Positions 1 through 15,644 of a stretch of 64,000 nucleotides of DNA are shown in pieces. The stretch's first letter is position 1, and each line of letters starts with the position of its first letter. The notes beneath the pieces are model-generated. The model made no database searches. It was not told the origin of the DNA and worked only from the letters and a program-made list of their open reading frames with translations. The stretch is from an uncultured delta proteobacterium (GTDB lineage: Bacteria > Myxococcota_A > Polyangia > Haliangiales > Haliangiaceae), in contig CAVUQH010000002.1 in the NCBI GenBank assembly GCA_963743525.1, positions 128,001 to 192,000 on the forward strand. Direction: 5' to 3'. A program made the position numbers and the translations under genes.

Positions 1-1158
1 GAGGTCGACGAGTGCATCCCCGGCCTGCGCCCGACCCTGCTCGGCGACGGCGGCGCCAGCGGCACCACCAGCGGGACGTCGAAGTTCACCGGCAGCTGCA
101 CCACCTACAGCGGCGGCGCACCGGAGGACGTCTACCAGTACACGGTGGCGACCGACCTCCTCGACCTGTGGTTCTCGCTGGACGGCTCGTCGTACGACAC
201 CGTGCTGTACGTGCGCGGTCCGACCTGCGGCAGCAGCAGCGACGAGCTGGCGTGCGAGGACACCTTTCCCGGCCACGAGACGGTGACGCTGACCACCCCG
301 GTCACCGGCCAGAGCTACTTCGTGTTCGTCAACGGCTACCAGGACAGCGGCGCCTACCAGCTGAGCGTGGGCGGCACCGTCGCCGCCGGCGGCGCCTGCA
401 ATCCGGCCAGCACGACGTTCGCCTGCGAGACCGACTACCTGTGCAAGGCCAACGTCTGCGCGCCGACCGCCTGCAACGACGGCATCGACGACGACGCCGA
501 CGGGCTGGTCAACGCCCTCGACCCGGGCTGTGCCAGCATCGCCGACGACGACGAGAGCGACGACACCTGCGTGGCGATGCCGGCGACCTGCCCGCAGTGC
601 GCCAACGGCAGCGACGACGACGGCGACGGCGACGCCGACTACCCCGCCGACCTCGGCTGCGTGAACGCCGCCGACGACGAGGAGAACGCCTGCGCGGTCG
701 AGAGCGACCCGATTCCGACCCTGGCCAAGGCGACCACCAGCGGCGACACCAGCGCGCTGACCGACGACCTGTCGCCGTCGTGCCAGGCCAGCTCGACGGC
801 GCCGGACCAGGCCTACTATCTCTACCTGCCCGGCACCGCCAGCTCGCTGCACCTGGACACCACCGGCAGCTCGTTCGACACCGTGCTGATGGTCAAGCAG
901 GCCGAGTGCGCCAGCAGCGACTACGCCTGCAACGACGACGACGCGACCACCAGCCAGTCGACCCTGGACCTGACCGGGGTGCCGCCGGGCCTGTACGTGG
1001 TCATCGTCAACGGCTACCAGAACGAGGCCGGACCGTTCACCCTGCACACCAGCGGCACCATCGCCGCCGGCCAGCGGTGTGACCCGGGGCAGCCGTTCCT
1101 GACCTGCGCCGCCGGCACCAGCTGCACCGACCCCGGCGGCGGCTACGTCTGCAACTAG
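1..1158 (+). CDS. Cys-rich secreted/surface protein (5'-truncated by the window) with two repeated beta-sandwich (PPC-like) modules and Asp-rich putative Ca-binding motifs
   Basis: Frame 1 is open from base 1 (EVDECIPGLRP...) to TAG at 1156-1158. It has two copies of the module 'GSS(Y/F)DTVL.V...C......AC.D...V(N/D)GYQ' and the motifs CNDGIDDDADG and CANGSDDDGDG, typical of myxobacterial proteins. Confidence 0.75.
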   Translation, partial: EVDECIPGLRPTLLGDGGASGTTSGTSKFTGSCTTYSGGAPEDVYQYTVATDLLDLWFSLDGSSYDTVLYVRGPTCGSSSDELACEDTFPGHETVTLTTPVTGQSYFVFVNGYQDSGAYQLSVGGTVAAGGACNPASTTFACETDYLCKANVCAPTACNDGIDDDADGLVNALDPGCASIADDDESDDTCVAMPATCPQCANGSDDDGDGDADYPADLGCVNAADDEENACAVESDPIPTLAKATTSGDTSALTDDLSPSCQASSTAPDQAYYLYLPGTASSLHLDTTGSSFDTVLMVKQAECASSDYACNDDDATTSQSTLDLTGVPPGLYVVIVNGYQNEAGPFTLHTSGTIAAGQRCDPGQPFLTCAAGTSCTDPGGGYVCN

Positions 1159-1171
1159 CGCGGGTGACGCG

Positions 1172-1638
1172 CTAGGCCGCGCGCGTCGGGCCGTGGCGCT
1201 CGGCTTCCTCGAGCAGCGCGGCCATGCGCGCGTTCATCTCCGCCTCTTCGGCGTCGTCGCGGTGGTCGTAGCCGAGCAGGTGGCACAGACCGTGGGCGGT
1301 GAGGAACAGTAGCTCGGCGTACAGGCCCCGCTTCGCCTGGCGCGCGGCGGTGTCGAGGGAGACGACGACGTCGCCGAGGAGCTCGGGGTTGAGGTCGGCG
1401 AAGTCGCCCTCGCGCTGGGCAAAGGCGAGCACGTCGGTCGGTCGGTCGACGCCGCGGTAGTCGCGGTTGAGCTCGTGGATGGTCGGGTCGTCGGTGAGGC
1501 GCACGGCGACCTCGAGCTCGCGCTCGGTCTCCTCGCTCAGCCAGGCGGCCTTGACCATGCGGCCGACGCGGGCGCGGTAGCGGGCCAGCTCATCGGCAGA
1601 CAGCCGCCCGCGGACGGGCGGGTCCACGTCGATCGAGA

Positions 1639-1642
<4 letters not shown>
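1172..1642 (-). CDS. ybeY: rRNA maturation endoribonuclease YbeY
   Basis: Motifs [25 protein letters not shown] and [11 protein letters not shown]. The GTG start at 1642 overlaps the upstream TGA (GTGA). Confidence 0.95.
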
Positions 1643-3600
<1,958 letters not shown>

Positions 3601-3666
3601 CGCTCCCGGCCCAGCTCCTTGAATCCCCGGCGCTGAGCATAGCACGGGGCCGTGGCCGCGCGCGCG

Positions 3667-4710
<1,044 letters not shown>

Positions 4711-4787
4711 GTAGGTGGGATCCTCCTGGTCTCCTGGGTTTAGCACAATTCCCCGGGCATCAGGCCGGCGCGCTATGGTGACCGGCA

Positions 4788-5606
4788 ATGGACCGCACCG
4801 AACCTGCCGAAACCAGCCGCCCCGGGGACAGCTTCGCCAACCTGGTGGAGGTCATGCGTCGCCTGCTCGCCCCCGACGGCTGCCCGTGGGACCGCGAGCA
4901 AACCCTGGACAGTCTGCGCCCGTTCCTGGTCGAGGAGACCTACGAAGTGCTCGACGCCATGGAGCGCGGCACCGCCGACGACCACTGTGAAGAGCTGGGC
5001 GACCTGCTGATGCAGGTGGTCTTCCACGCCGCCCTGCGCCAGGCCGAGGGCGCCTTCGCCATCGACGACGTCGTCGGCGGCATCGTCGAAAAGCTGGTCC
5101 GACGCCACCCGCACGTCTTCGCCGACGCCACGGCCGAGACCGCCGAAGCGGTGCTCGAGCAGTGGGACCAGATCAAGGACGCCGAGAAGGCCGAGCGCGG
5201 CGCCTCGCCCAAGGGCGCGCTCGACGGCGTGCCGCTGGCGTTGCCGCCGCTGGCGCGGGCGCAGAAGCTGGGCCGGCGGGCGGCCAAGGTCGGCTTCGAC
5301 TGGCCCGATACCGACGGGCCACGGGCCAAGATCGTCGAGGAGCTGGCCGAGGTCGACGAGGCCGTGGCCGCCGGCGACCGCGCTGCGATCGAAGCCGAGG
5401 TCGGCGATCTTCTGTTCGCCGTGGTCAACCTGGCGCGCAAGCTGGACATCGACGCCGACGGCGCCCTGCGCTCGGCCAACGGCCGGTTCGAAAATCGCTT
5501 CCGCTTCGTCGAAGCGCGCGCGCGCGACGGTGGCAACGAGCCGCGCGATCTCGATCTCGACGCGCTCGAGGCGTTGTGGCAGCAGGCCAAAGCCGAGGGA
5601 ATCTGA
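4788..5606 (+). CDS. mazG: Nucleoside triphosphate pyrophosphohydrolase MazG
   Basis: Motifs [32 protein letters not shown] and GFDW; tandem MazG domains. Confidence 0.95.
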   Translation: MDRTEPAETSRPGDSFANLVEVMRRLLAPDGCPWDREQTLDSLRPFLVEETYEVLDAMERGTADDHCEELGDLLMQVVFHAALRQAEGAFAIDDVVGGIVEKLVRRHPHVFADATAETAEAVLEQWDQIKDAEKAERGASPKGALDGVPLALPPLARAQKLGRRAAKVGFDWPDTDGPRAKIVEELAEVDEAVAAGDRAAIEAEVGDLLFAVVNLARKLDIDADGALRSANGRFENRFRFVEARARDGGNEPRDLDLDALEALWQQAKAEGI

Positions 5607-5740
5607 CAGCAGTAGTGAGAGCAGCCGATCGCTCGTCGGCGTCGCGCGCGCGACGCAAAACTGACGCATTTTTGAGCAAACCACCTCGCGCCCCCGGCTC
5701 GTCGGCGATCGCCGACCCGCAGCACAGAGTTGCCCCCAAG

Positions 5741-5852
5741 TTGTCCACAGGTCGTGTGGAATCACCCCCACGCCTGAGGGGGACTCACAGTATTTCTCGG
5801 GAGTTCGGGAGTGCCCGGAGCCCGGAAGAGGGCCGGGTTGACATGTGGACGA
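5741..5852. promoter_or_regulatory. DnaA-box-like 9-mers upstream of rpsT
   Basis: TTGTCCACA at 5741-5749, an inverted degenerate box TGTGGAATC at 5755-5763, and TGTGGACGA at 5844-5852 (reverse complement TCGTCCACA). Confidence 0.45.
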
Positions 5853-5917
5853 AGGCAGGGTAACTAGGCGCGCTCGCCCCCATAAGATTCGACGGACATC
5901 TCGTCAGGAGCAACACA

Positions 5918-6169
5918 GTGCCCAACCACAAGTCGGCGGAAAAACGCGACCGCCAGCGCGAAACGCGCCGCCTTCGCAATCGTCTCGTCCTCGGCAACAT
6001 GCGCACCGCACTCCGGAGCGCCAAGACCGCGGTCGCGTCCAAGGCTCCCGAAGCCCAGGAGCTGGTCAAGAAGGCCGTGTCGTTGATCGACCGCGCCGTG
6101 ACCAAGGGCGCGCTGAAGCGCGGCACCGCGTCGCGCTACATCTCGCGCCTGACCCGCAAGGCCAGCTAG
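5918..6169 (+). CDS. rpsT: 30S ribosomal protein S20
   Basis: MPNHKSAEKRDRQ...RN...IDRAVTKGALKRGTASRYISRL; SD-like AGGAG upstream. Confidence 0.97.
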   Translation: MPNHKSAEKRDRQRETRRLRNRLVLGNMRTALRSAKTAVASKAPEAQELVKKAVSLIDRAVTKGALKRGTASRYISRLTRKAS

Positions 6170-7180
<1,011 letters not shown>

Positions 7181-7204
7181 GGGCGCAGTCTACCCCAACG
7201 CGAG

Positions 7205-8554
7205 ATGGTAAAAGGCGGCGTGCACGACACGGTGGTTTTCGAGGCCGACGCGGCGGTGGTCGCCGCCGGCCAGGCGCGCGGGCCGACGGCCGTGCTGGCG
7301 CAGGACGGCGCCATCGTCCTGGTCGGCGATCCCGACGAGGTCGCCGCCGACCCCCGGGCGGCCGGCGCGCGGCGGGTGCGCTTCGCCGACAAGGCGATCT
7401 TGCCGGGCACCGTCAACGCGCACAACCACAGCTTCCAGTCACTGCTTCGCGGCATCGGCGACGACCTGCCGTTCCTCGACTGGCGCGACAAGGCGCTGTA
7501 CCGCTACTCGCCACGCCTGGACGCCGAGGGAATGGCGACGGCTGCGCTGTTCGCCTTCGGCGAGATGCTGCTCCACGGCGTCACCACCGTCTGCGACTTC
7601 TACTACCTCAACGCCGGCGGCAACGAGCACGCCCGCGCCACCATCGAGGCGGCGCGGCGCCTGGGCATGCGCGTGGTCCTGGCCCGCTGCTTCTACGACT
7701 GGGACGGCGCGCCCGAGAGCTACCGCGAGGACGTGCCGACGGCGGTGCGCAACTTTGAGGCGCTGCACAAGGAGTACGCCGGCGACCCGATGGTGCGCAT
7801 CCAGCCGGCGCCGCACAGCCAGCACGGCGCCAGCCCGGCGATGATCGAGGCCGGCGCGGGGTGCGCCCGGGACGCCGGTGAGCCGTGGCACATCCACCTG
7901 GCCGAGGAGGCCTACCAGGTGGACCAGTCGCTCGAGCGCTTCGGCGCCCGGCCGCTGCACGCGGTCGACGCCCTCGGGGTGATCGACGAGCGAATGATCG
8001 CCATTCATGGCTGCTGGTTCGACGAGGGAGAGCGGGCGCTCCTGGCCGAGCGCGGCGCCAGCCTGGTCTACAACCCGGCGTCCAACATGTTCCTCGGCGA
8101 CGGCATTACCGACGTGGTCGACCTGCGCCGGCGGGGCGTGGAGGTGGCGCTGGGCACCGACGGCGGCTGCTCGAACAACCGGGTTTCGGTGCTGGACGAG
8201 ATGCGAATGTGCGCCCTCCTGCAAAAGGTCGCCCGGACCGACGGCCAGGCGATCGACGCGGAGGAATGCTTCGCCATGGGCACCGTCGGCGGCGGACGGG
8301 TCCTGGACCTCCCGGTGGGTCAGATCGCCCCCGGCCAGCGCTGCGACCTGATCGCGGTGGACCTTCACGACCCATCGATGTGGCCGCTCCAGGCCCTGGC
8401 GAAAAATGCAGTCTATTCGCTATCATCTCGCGCCATCACAGATGTCGTGGTAGATGGTCAGAACGTCGTCGGCAACCGGCGACTGACGCAGGTCGATGAG
8501 TCCGAGATCGAAGCCCGAGTCCGTAGCCTCACCGGTGACTGGCGCCGTGACTGA
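7205..8554 (+). CDS. Metal-dependent amidohydrolase (MTA/SAH- or guanine-deaminase-like)
   Basis: Motifs PGTVNAHNH, GVTTVCD, PAPHS, HIHLAE, IHGCW, YNPASNMFLGDG and LGTDG. Confidence 0.88.
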   Translation: MVKGGVHDTVVFEADAAVVAAGQARGPTAVLAQDGAIVLVGDPDEVAADPRAAGARRVRFADKAILPGTVNAHNHSFQSLLRGIGDDLPFLDWRDKALYRYSPRLDAEGMATAALFAFGEMLLHGVTTVCDFYYLNAGGNEHARATIEAARRLGMRVVLARCFYDWDGAPESYREDVPTAVRNFEALHKEYAGDPMVRIQPAPHSQHGASPAMIEAGAGCARDAGEPWHIHLAEEAYQVDQSLERFGARPLHAVDALGVIDERMIAIHGCWFDEGERALLAERGASLVYNPASNMFLGDGITDVVDLRRRGVEVALGTDGGCSNNRVSVLDEMRMCALLQKVARTDGQAIDAEECFAMGTVGGGRVLDLPVGQIAPGQRCDLIAVDLHDPSMWPLQALAKNAVYSLSSRAITDVVVDGQNVVGNRRLTQVDESEIEARVRSLTGDWRRD

Positions 8555-9035
8555 AAAGCCCGCGAGCAGCAAGAAGCGCCGGTCCGACGCCGCCCCGTTC
8601 GAGGTCACGCTCGTCCACGCGCGCAAGACCAACGCCGGCTGGGCGCTGTTCGGCCTGATCCTGGGCATCGTGCTGTTGTGGAAGCTGGCCATAGTCGGCC
8701 AGGTGGTCGGCGTCATCTTCCTCCTCGTCGCCGCGCTGGCGGCCAAGAGCTTCATCTTCACCGTGCTCAACCCGCCCGGGACGATCGCGGTCGAGGACGA
8801 CAAGTTGGTGCTACCCGACGGGTTGTGCCGCGGTCACTCCAGCGAGTTCACCTACGATCAGGTCAAGCACGCCTTCTTCCTGCGCCGAGCGGTGCCGTGG
8901 ACCCGGGCCGGCCCGGTGCTGGTGGTCGAGGCCGGCGATCTGGCGTTTACCTATCCCCGCGACTGGTTCACCTCCGAGTCGGAGCAGCGCCGGGTCCTTC
9001 ACGGGATCCTGCGCCGGCTGGGGCAGAACGACTGA
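8547..9035 (+). CDS. Hypothetical membrane protein (2 TM)
   Basis: Two hydrophobic helices and GC3-biased codons; GTG start overlaps the previous gene's end (start uncertain). Confidence 0.7.
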   Translation: MTEKPASSKKRRSDAAPFEVTLVHARKTNAGWALFGLILGIVLLWKLAIVGQVVGVIFLLVAALAAKSFIFTVLNPPGTIAVEDDKLVLPDGLCRGHSSEFTYDQVKHAFFLRRAVPWTRAGPVLVVEAGDLAFTYPRDWFTSESEQRRVLHGILRRLGQND

Positions 9036-9565
9036 TGCGCGCCGCGGCCGTGGCCGCGTCCATCGCCGTCGCCGTCGCTGCGCTGCCCGCGCTGGCGGCC
9101 GAGCCAGAGCCGTACCGCAACGCCGATCACCACTTTCAGATCGCGCTGGGCGACGGCTGGAACCCCACCGAACCGGGCACCGGCCCGGAGCAGCTTCTCC
9201 TGGCCCGCGCCGCTTCGGACGGACGCGCGCTGGCGGTCACCCGGGTCGCTTATCCCAACCCTCGCCGCCGCGACCACGACTACCAGAAGCAGATCGAGGC
9301 CGGCGTCGAGGCCGCGGCCCGCGGCTACCACCGCCTTTCGCACAAGGTCAGCCGCGCCGGCTACGTGGTCGTCATCGACGTGACCTACCGGCGCGACACC
9401 GACGGCGGGCGCGAGGTGGTCGCCAGCCGCTTCCTGCTGTTCCGCACCTTCACCCTGGTGCTGTCGGTGGCGATGCCGGCGCGCACCTGGCGCCACCAGC
9501 GGCGGCCGACGCAGAAGCTGGTCCGCTCGTTCGTGCCCTACTTCGCCGACGGCGACGAAGGCTGA
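9035..9565 (+). CDS. Hypothetical exported protein
   Basis: TGATG coupling at 9033-9037; signal-peptide-like MRAAAVAASIAVAVAALPALA. Confidence 0.7.
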   Translation: MRAAAVAASIAVAVAALPALAAEPEPYRNADHHFQIALGDGWNPTEPGTGPEQLLLARAASDGRALAVTRVAYPNPRRRDHDYQKQIEAGVEAAARGYHRLSHKVSRAGYVVVIDVTYRRDTDGGREVVASRFLLFRTFTLVLSVAMPARTWRHQRRPTQKLVRSFVPYFADGDEG

Positions 9566-10833
9566 CCGGCGCCGCCTGCCCGTCGCGCGATTTGCGGCGC
9601 CGACCAGCGGCAGAACAGGTCGCTGCGGTAGCGCGTACCGTCAGCGTGGAAAAACGCGAGGCGCTCGCCGTCGCGCTCGACACGGAGCTGCCCGCCGTGG
9701 ATTCGCCGGTGGTGCGTCGAACAGAGCAGCACCAGGTTGCCCGGCGCGTGATCGCCGCCGCGGGCGCGAGGGCGGATGTGGTGGACGTCGAGCCAGCTCG
9801 CGTTGCCGCAGCCGGGCACCGCACAGCGATGGTGAAACGCGCGGACCACCGCGCGCCGCACCGACGGTGGAATCGTCTGCGTCGCGCGGCCCTCGAGGGA
9901 CGCCGGGATGCCGGTGTGGTCACATTCGATCGCCGCGACCGTCGCCGAATCCAGCTGCACGCTGCGACCATCGGCCTCCGCAAACACGCGCGCGCAGTCG
10001 TCGCAGCGACTGACCGCAACCTGGTAGCCCGGCCGGCCGCTGTCCCGGTCCCGATCGTCGCCTGCATCCACCTCCCCGTTTCCGTCCCCGTTTCCGTCCC
10101 CGTTTCCGTCCCCGTTTCCGTCCCCGTTTCCGTCCCCGTTTCCGTCCCCGTTTCCGTCCCCGTTTCCGTCCCCGTTTCCGTCCCCGTTTCCGTCCCCGTC
10201 CCGCTCGTCACCCGAACCCGCGCACCCCGCGAGAAAGCCCCGCGCGATCATCGACAGCGCCACGTCGTCGTCAACCGGCCCGTCCCCCGCGCCATCGCCC
10301 AACCCAACGCCCAACCCATCGATTGACTGCCGCGCCACCCGGATCGCCTCCCGCACCATCGCGTACGTCTCCGGCGACACCTCGAACGCCAGCGTCCGCG
10401 GAAGCTCGCTGCGATCCGCGATCGTCCCCGGCCGATCACCCCGCGCCAGCCCCGCGACCATCTCGGCCACCTCCCGCGCACTCTGCCCGCGCGCCGCGAC
10501 CAGCCAGTCGTCCTCGGTGTCGCCCGTCGCCACCCGCGACAGCTCGCGCACATGCGTCCACGCGATCTCGCCGTCGGCCAGCGCCTCCGCCATCGACGGC
10601 AGCGCCGCCAACGCCAGCGCCACGCGGATCCGCTCGCGCCCCGTCTTGCGACCATATCCGAGCACCGCTTCCAGATACGCCGCATAGCTGGCAAAGCCAT
10701 ACGCCTCCCAGATCCGCACCGCATGCCCGGCGCGGAGATAGTGCGCCTCGGCCGCATCGAGCTCCGCACGATCCCGTCCCAGCGCGCGAAGCTGCCAGTG
10801 AATGTCGCCGATCTCCAACATCACCTCGCCCAT
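9538..10833 (-). CDS. HNH endonuclease with a DUF222-like N-terminal region and a (GNGD)n linker
   Basis: C-terminal RCAVPGC...LDVHHI...GGDH..GNLVLLCSTHHRRIH is a zinc-HNH motif. The N-terminal 'GFASYAAYLE..LG....RERIRVA.AL..LP....AL..GEI.W..VREL.RVAT' resembles myxobacterial/actinobacterial DUF222-HNH proteins. Confidence 0.85.
   Translation of the reverse strand: MGEVMLEIGDIHWQLRALGRDRAELDAAEAHYLRAGHAVRIWEAYGFASYAAYLEAVLGYGRKTGRERIRVALALAALPSMAEALADGEIAWTHVRELSRVATGDTEDDWLVAARGQSAREVAEMVAGLARGDRPGTIADRSELPRTLAFEVSPETYAMVREAIRVARQSIDGLGVGLGDGAGDGPVDDDVALSMIARGFLAGCAGSGDERDGDGNGDGNGDGNGDGNGDGNGDGNGDGNGDGNGDGNGDGNGEVDAGDDRDRDSGRPGYQVAVSRCDDCARVFAEADGRSVQLDSATVAAIECDHTGIPASLEGRATQTIPPSVRRAVVRAFHHRCAVPGCGNASWLDVHHIRPRARGGDHAPGNLVLLCSTHHRRIHGGQLRVERDGERLAFFHADGTRYRSDLFCRWSAPQIARRAGGAGQPSSPSAK
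10073..10199. repeat. Perfect 12-bp tandem repeat (CCCCGTTTCCGT) x10 plus a partial copy, inside the HNH gene
   Basis: Read directly; encodes (GNGD)n in the HNH frame. Confidence 0.97.
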
Positions 10834-11042
10834 ACACCGTCGTAGCACGCGTTTTTCACCCGCTCGGATCACCCACGCAGCGCGCCGCCACGCCGAGAAC
10901 CCACCCCGCCGACACAAAAACCGACCCGCGCCACGCACCAACCGCACACATCGCAACCGAGTCCCGCTGACGATCGATCGCGACCGCGTTGACCGTTCGC
11001 GCCGAAACCCGGTCAAGGCGCGATCGAAAAAAGTGTGTCAGG

Positions 11043-11088
11043 TCAGTGATTTTGTCACCCCTAACTGCTCAGTGATTCTGTCACCCCT
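11043..11088. repeat. 20-bp direct repeat pair TCAGTGATT(T/C)TGTCACCCCT
   Basis: Copies at 11043-11062 and 11069-11088 differ by 1 nt; each holds a GTGA-N5-TCAC dyad. Confidence 0.9.
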
Positions 11089-11160
11089 TCCAATTCCCGA
11101 GTGGCTCGCCATTCCGTGACGCGCCGCCTTCGCTTTCTCGCGCCCAGCGGCGCTCGCGAT

Positions 11161-11292
<132 letters not shown>

Positions 11293-11348
11293 CGCCGCCG
11301 CCCACCCACCGACCACGCACACCACGCCCCCCCCGCTCCCGCCCTCGC

Positions 11349-11520
11349 GGCCGCTCGGGGTGGGGTCCTCACCCAAGCTGGGACCCCACCCCGAGCGGCC
11401 CGCGGGCGCCGGTCGCAACCCACCCACCCCGAGCGGCCGCCGGCGCCACACGCAACCCACCCACCCCGAGCGGCCCGCGGACAGCCATCCACCCACAACC
11501 GCAGCCCACCCCGAGCGCCC
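11349..11520. repeat. Perfect 20-bp inverted repeat plus three further direct copies of the arm core (REP/BIME-like cluster)
   Basis: GGCCGCTCGGGGTGGGGTCC (11349-11368) pairs with GGACCCCACCCCGAGCGGCC (11381-11400) around a 12-nt loop. The core CCCACCCCGAGCG starts at 11385, 11423, 11460 and 11505. Confidence 0.88.
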
Positions 11521-11560
11521 CGCGGCCCCGGGCGGCCGCGCGCGCCACGCGCAACGCCTA

Positions 11561-12817
11561 CTACCCCCCGCCGTTGCGCCCGTGCGCCAGCACCAGCACC
11601 ACCTCGACGTGGGCGGTCTGCGGCATCATGTCGATCGGCCAGGCCCGCACCGGGACGTAGCCGGCGTCGACCAGCACCGCGGCATCGCGCGCCAGGGTCG
11701 CCGGATCGCAGGAAACGTACACTACCTGGGTGGCGCCCAGCCGAGGCAGCAGCCGGCAGGTCTCCGCGGCGCCCGTGCGCGGCGGATCGAGGACCACCAG
11801 GTCGAAGGTCTCGCCGTGGCGGGCGAGGATGCGCACCTCTTCTTCCGCGGCGCCCTGGCGGAACGACACGTTGCCACCCTCCACCGCCGCCGCCGGCTGC
11901 GCGCGTTCGACCGCCACCACCGCCGACGCGCCGTCCGCCAGCACGCGAGTGAGGTTTCCGCTCCCCGCGTAGAGCTCGAGCACGCGACCGCCCTTGCGCG
12001 CCGCCGATGCGAGCTCGACAGTCTCGAGCAGGGCCGCGTTGCCGGTCGCCGAAGCCTGCGCGAAGTCGCCAGCCTCGGCCTCGAGGCCGGGCTCCAGCGC
12101 CACCGTCGCCGCGCCGAACTGCCGCCGCCCCAGACGCACGCCGGCGACCTCCGGCGCGTCTGCCAACGCGCTCGCCGCCGCCGGCGCGCACGGACCGCGC
12201 ACGGTGACGTGAACGCCGCCGCCCTCCCCGGCGACCAGGTCGATCTCGCCGCGGCCGGTCAGCGCGGGTGCCAGCACCCGGTGGATGGCAGCCAGCGCGG
12301 CGCCCAGCGCCGGCTCGAGCTGCGGGCACGCGTCGACGTCGGTGACGTGGCGACTGCCGGGCGCGAAGAAGCCGATCAGCGCCGCGTCGGCCCGACGCGT
12401 ACGCACCCAGTGCAAGCGGGCGCGGCGCCGCCAACCCAGCGCCGGCACCGGCGCGCGCAGCGGCTCGATGACCAGCCCGGCGTCGACCAATCGGCGCAGC
12501 GCCGCACTGACGATCGCCTGCTTGGCCTGGCGCTGGGCCTCGGCCGACAGGTGCTGCCACTGGCAGCCGCCGCAGGCGCCGCTGGCGAACAGCGCGCAGG
12601 GCGGCTCGACCCGCCCCGGACCGGCCTCGAGCACGGTGTCGAGCTGCGCGCGGGCGAAGCTCTTGTGCTCCTCGGTCACCGTCGCGCGCACCCGATCACC
12701 GGGCGCCGCGCGGGGCACGAACACCACCCGTCCACCGGCATCGCGGGCGACGCCGTCGCCGCCCGCCGCCAGCGACTCGATCGACAGCTCCAGCGAACTT
12801 GCGGCTTCGTTGCTCAT
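11561..12817 (-). CDS. rlmD: TRAM-domain RNA m5U methyltransferase (RlmD/TrmA family)
   Basis: N-terminal TRAM domain, C...CGGCQWQH Fe-S motif, [29 protein letters not shown] and [10 protein letters not shown]. Confidence 0.88.
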   Translation of the reverse strand: MSNEAASSLELSIESLAAGGDGVARDAGGRVVFVPRAAPGDRVRATVTEEHKSFARAQLDTVLEAGPGRVEPPCALFASGACGGCQWQHLSAEAQRQAKQAIVSAALRRLVDAGLVIEPLRAPVPALGWRRRARLHWVRTRRADAALIGFFAPGSRHVTDVDACPQLEPALGAALAAIHRVLAPALTGRGEIDLVAGEGGGVHVTVRGPCAPAAASALADAPEVAGVRLGRRQFGAATVALEPGLEAEAGDFAQASATGNAALLETVELASAARKGGRVLELYAGSGNLTRVLADGASAVVAVERAQPAAAVEGGNVSFRQGAAEEEVRILARHGETFDLVVLDPPRTGAAETCRLLPRLGATQVVYVSCDPATLARDAAVLVDAGYVPVRAWPIDMMPQTAHVEVVLVLAHGRNGGG

Positions 12818-13569
12818 GCCTCGCGAACCTCGACCGGATCGCCGCGGCCGGCGCCCAGCTCGGCGGCGGCGTTGCCCTCGCGCACCGCGATCTCGAGCGT
12901 CCCACCCGAGCCGATGTACGCGACCAGCTCGCCGCGTTCCACGCTTTCGAAGGTGGTCGACAGCGAGGCAATCGTGCGACCGGCGACGACCAGCACCGGC
13001 GAGGCGGGCAGCTCGTCGGCGCCCAGATCGGTGATCAGGTTGCCGAAAGCGTCGACGTGGATGACGGTGCCCTGGGCGCCGTCGGCGGCCCGCGGCAGCG
13101 TCAGGCAGCCGAGCAGCTCGACGGCGGGTCCGACCTCGGACGGCGCCGCGCCCGCGGCCAGGCGTGCGGCGGCGACGGCAAAGACGTCGCGCCCGTGAAA
13201 GGTCGCCGACGGGTCGGCGCGGAGGAAGCCGGCCGCGCGAATCGCGTAGGCCGCCACCGGCTCGGACGCCACCAGCGAAAAGACGCCGTTGTCCGGTCCG
13301 ACGAAGATGTGATCGCCGGCGTCGACCACCACGCCGGCACGCTCGCCACCGACACCGGGATCGATGACCGCCACATGAATGGTTCCCTCGGGGAACTGCG
13401 GTGCCGCCTGAGCCAGCGCAAACGCCGCGGCGGCGATGTCGTGGCGGGGGATGTCGTGGCTGATGTTGACCACCTGCGCATCCGGCGCCAGCCGGGCGAT
13501 TACCCCCTTCATCGCGCCGACGTAGCCGTCAGCCGTGCCGAAATCGGTCGTCAAGGTCACCCGCCGCAC
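12814..13569 (-). CDS. SAM hydrolase/halogenase family protein (DUF62)
   Basis: Motifs [39 protein letters not shown] and [14 protein letters not shown] overlap with the methyltransferase. Confidence 0.92.
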   Translation of the reverse strand: MRRVTLTTDFGTADGYVGAMKGVIARLAPDAQVVNISHDIPRHDIAAAAFALAQAAPQFPEGTIHVAVIDPGVGGERAGVVVDAGDHIFVGPDNGVFSLVASEPVAAYAIRAAGFLRADPSATFHGRDVFAVAAARLAAGAAPSEVGPAVELLGCLTLPRAADGAQGTVIHVDAFGNLITDLGADELPASPVLVVAGRTIASLSTTFESVERGELVAYIGSGGTLEIAVREGNAAAELGAGRGDPVEVREA

Positions 13570-13621
13570 CGGCCCATCGTACTGAATTCGGCACACATTG
13601 ACACTAAAGAGACCCTCCACG

Positions 13622-15244
<1,623 letters not shown>

Positions 15245-15304
15245 GAATGTTACGCTTTGCCCTGGACCTGCGGTACGATGAACCGGCTGCAGTCGGGGGG
15301 GCAG

Positions 15305-15628
15305 ATGCCAATCACCAAGTCAGATCTGATCGAGCAACTATCCGAGAAGCTTCAGCTCCAGCGTGGGAAGGCGGAATCTTTCGTAAACACCATGTTCGAC
15401 AGCATGGTGGCAGCGTTGCAGAAGGGCGACCGCATAGAGATACGCGGTTTCGGTAGTTTCGAGGTCAGACACTACAAGGGCTACGAGGGTCGAAACCCGC
15501 GCACCGGCGAGCCGGTGCAGGTGAGGCCGAAACGGCTGCCCTTCTTCAAGTGCGGCAAAGAGCTGCGAGAACGGGTCAACGGCGGCGTCGACCCGGACAA
15601 CGGCCACAACGGTCACGACGACGACTAG
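15305..15628 (+). CDS. ihfB: Integration host factor beta / HU family DNA-binding protein
   Basis: TKSDLIE...[14 protein letters not shown]...[26 protein letters not shown]. Confidence 0.88.
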   Translation: MPITKSDLIEQLSEKLQLQRGKAESFVNTMFDSMVAALQKGDRIEIRGFGSFEVRHYKGYEGRNPRTGEPVQVRPKRLPFFKCGKELRERVNGGVDPDNGHNGHDDD

Positions 15629-15644
15629 CCCGCGCCGGCCTCGC

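Noticed and set aside
5838..5866. Confident sigma70 promoter call for rpsT
   Set aside because: The -10 match is weak, and the TTGACA lies in a GTTGAC hexamer that could itself be a miscalled GTCGAC.
5607..5917. Replication origin (oriC)
   Set aside because: Only one perfect DnaA box, no clear AT-rich unwinding element, and no dnaA, dnaN or gidA adjacent.
12814..13569. Fluorinase/chlorinase secondary-metabolite cluster
   Set aside because: Housekeeping context and the TFHGRD motif fit the widespread DUF62 SAM hydrolase type; no biosynthetic genes nearby.
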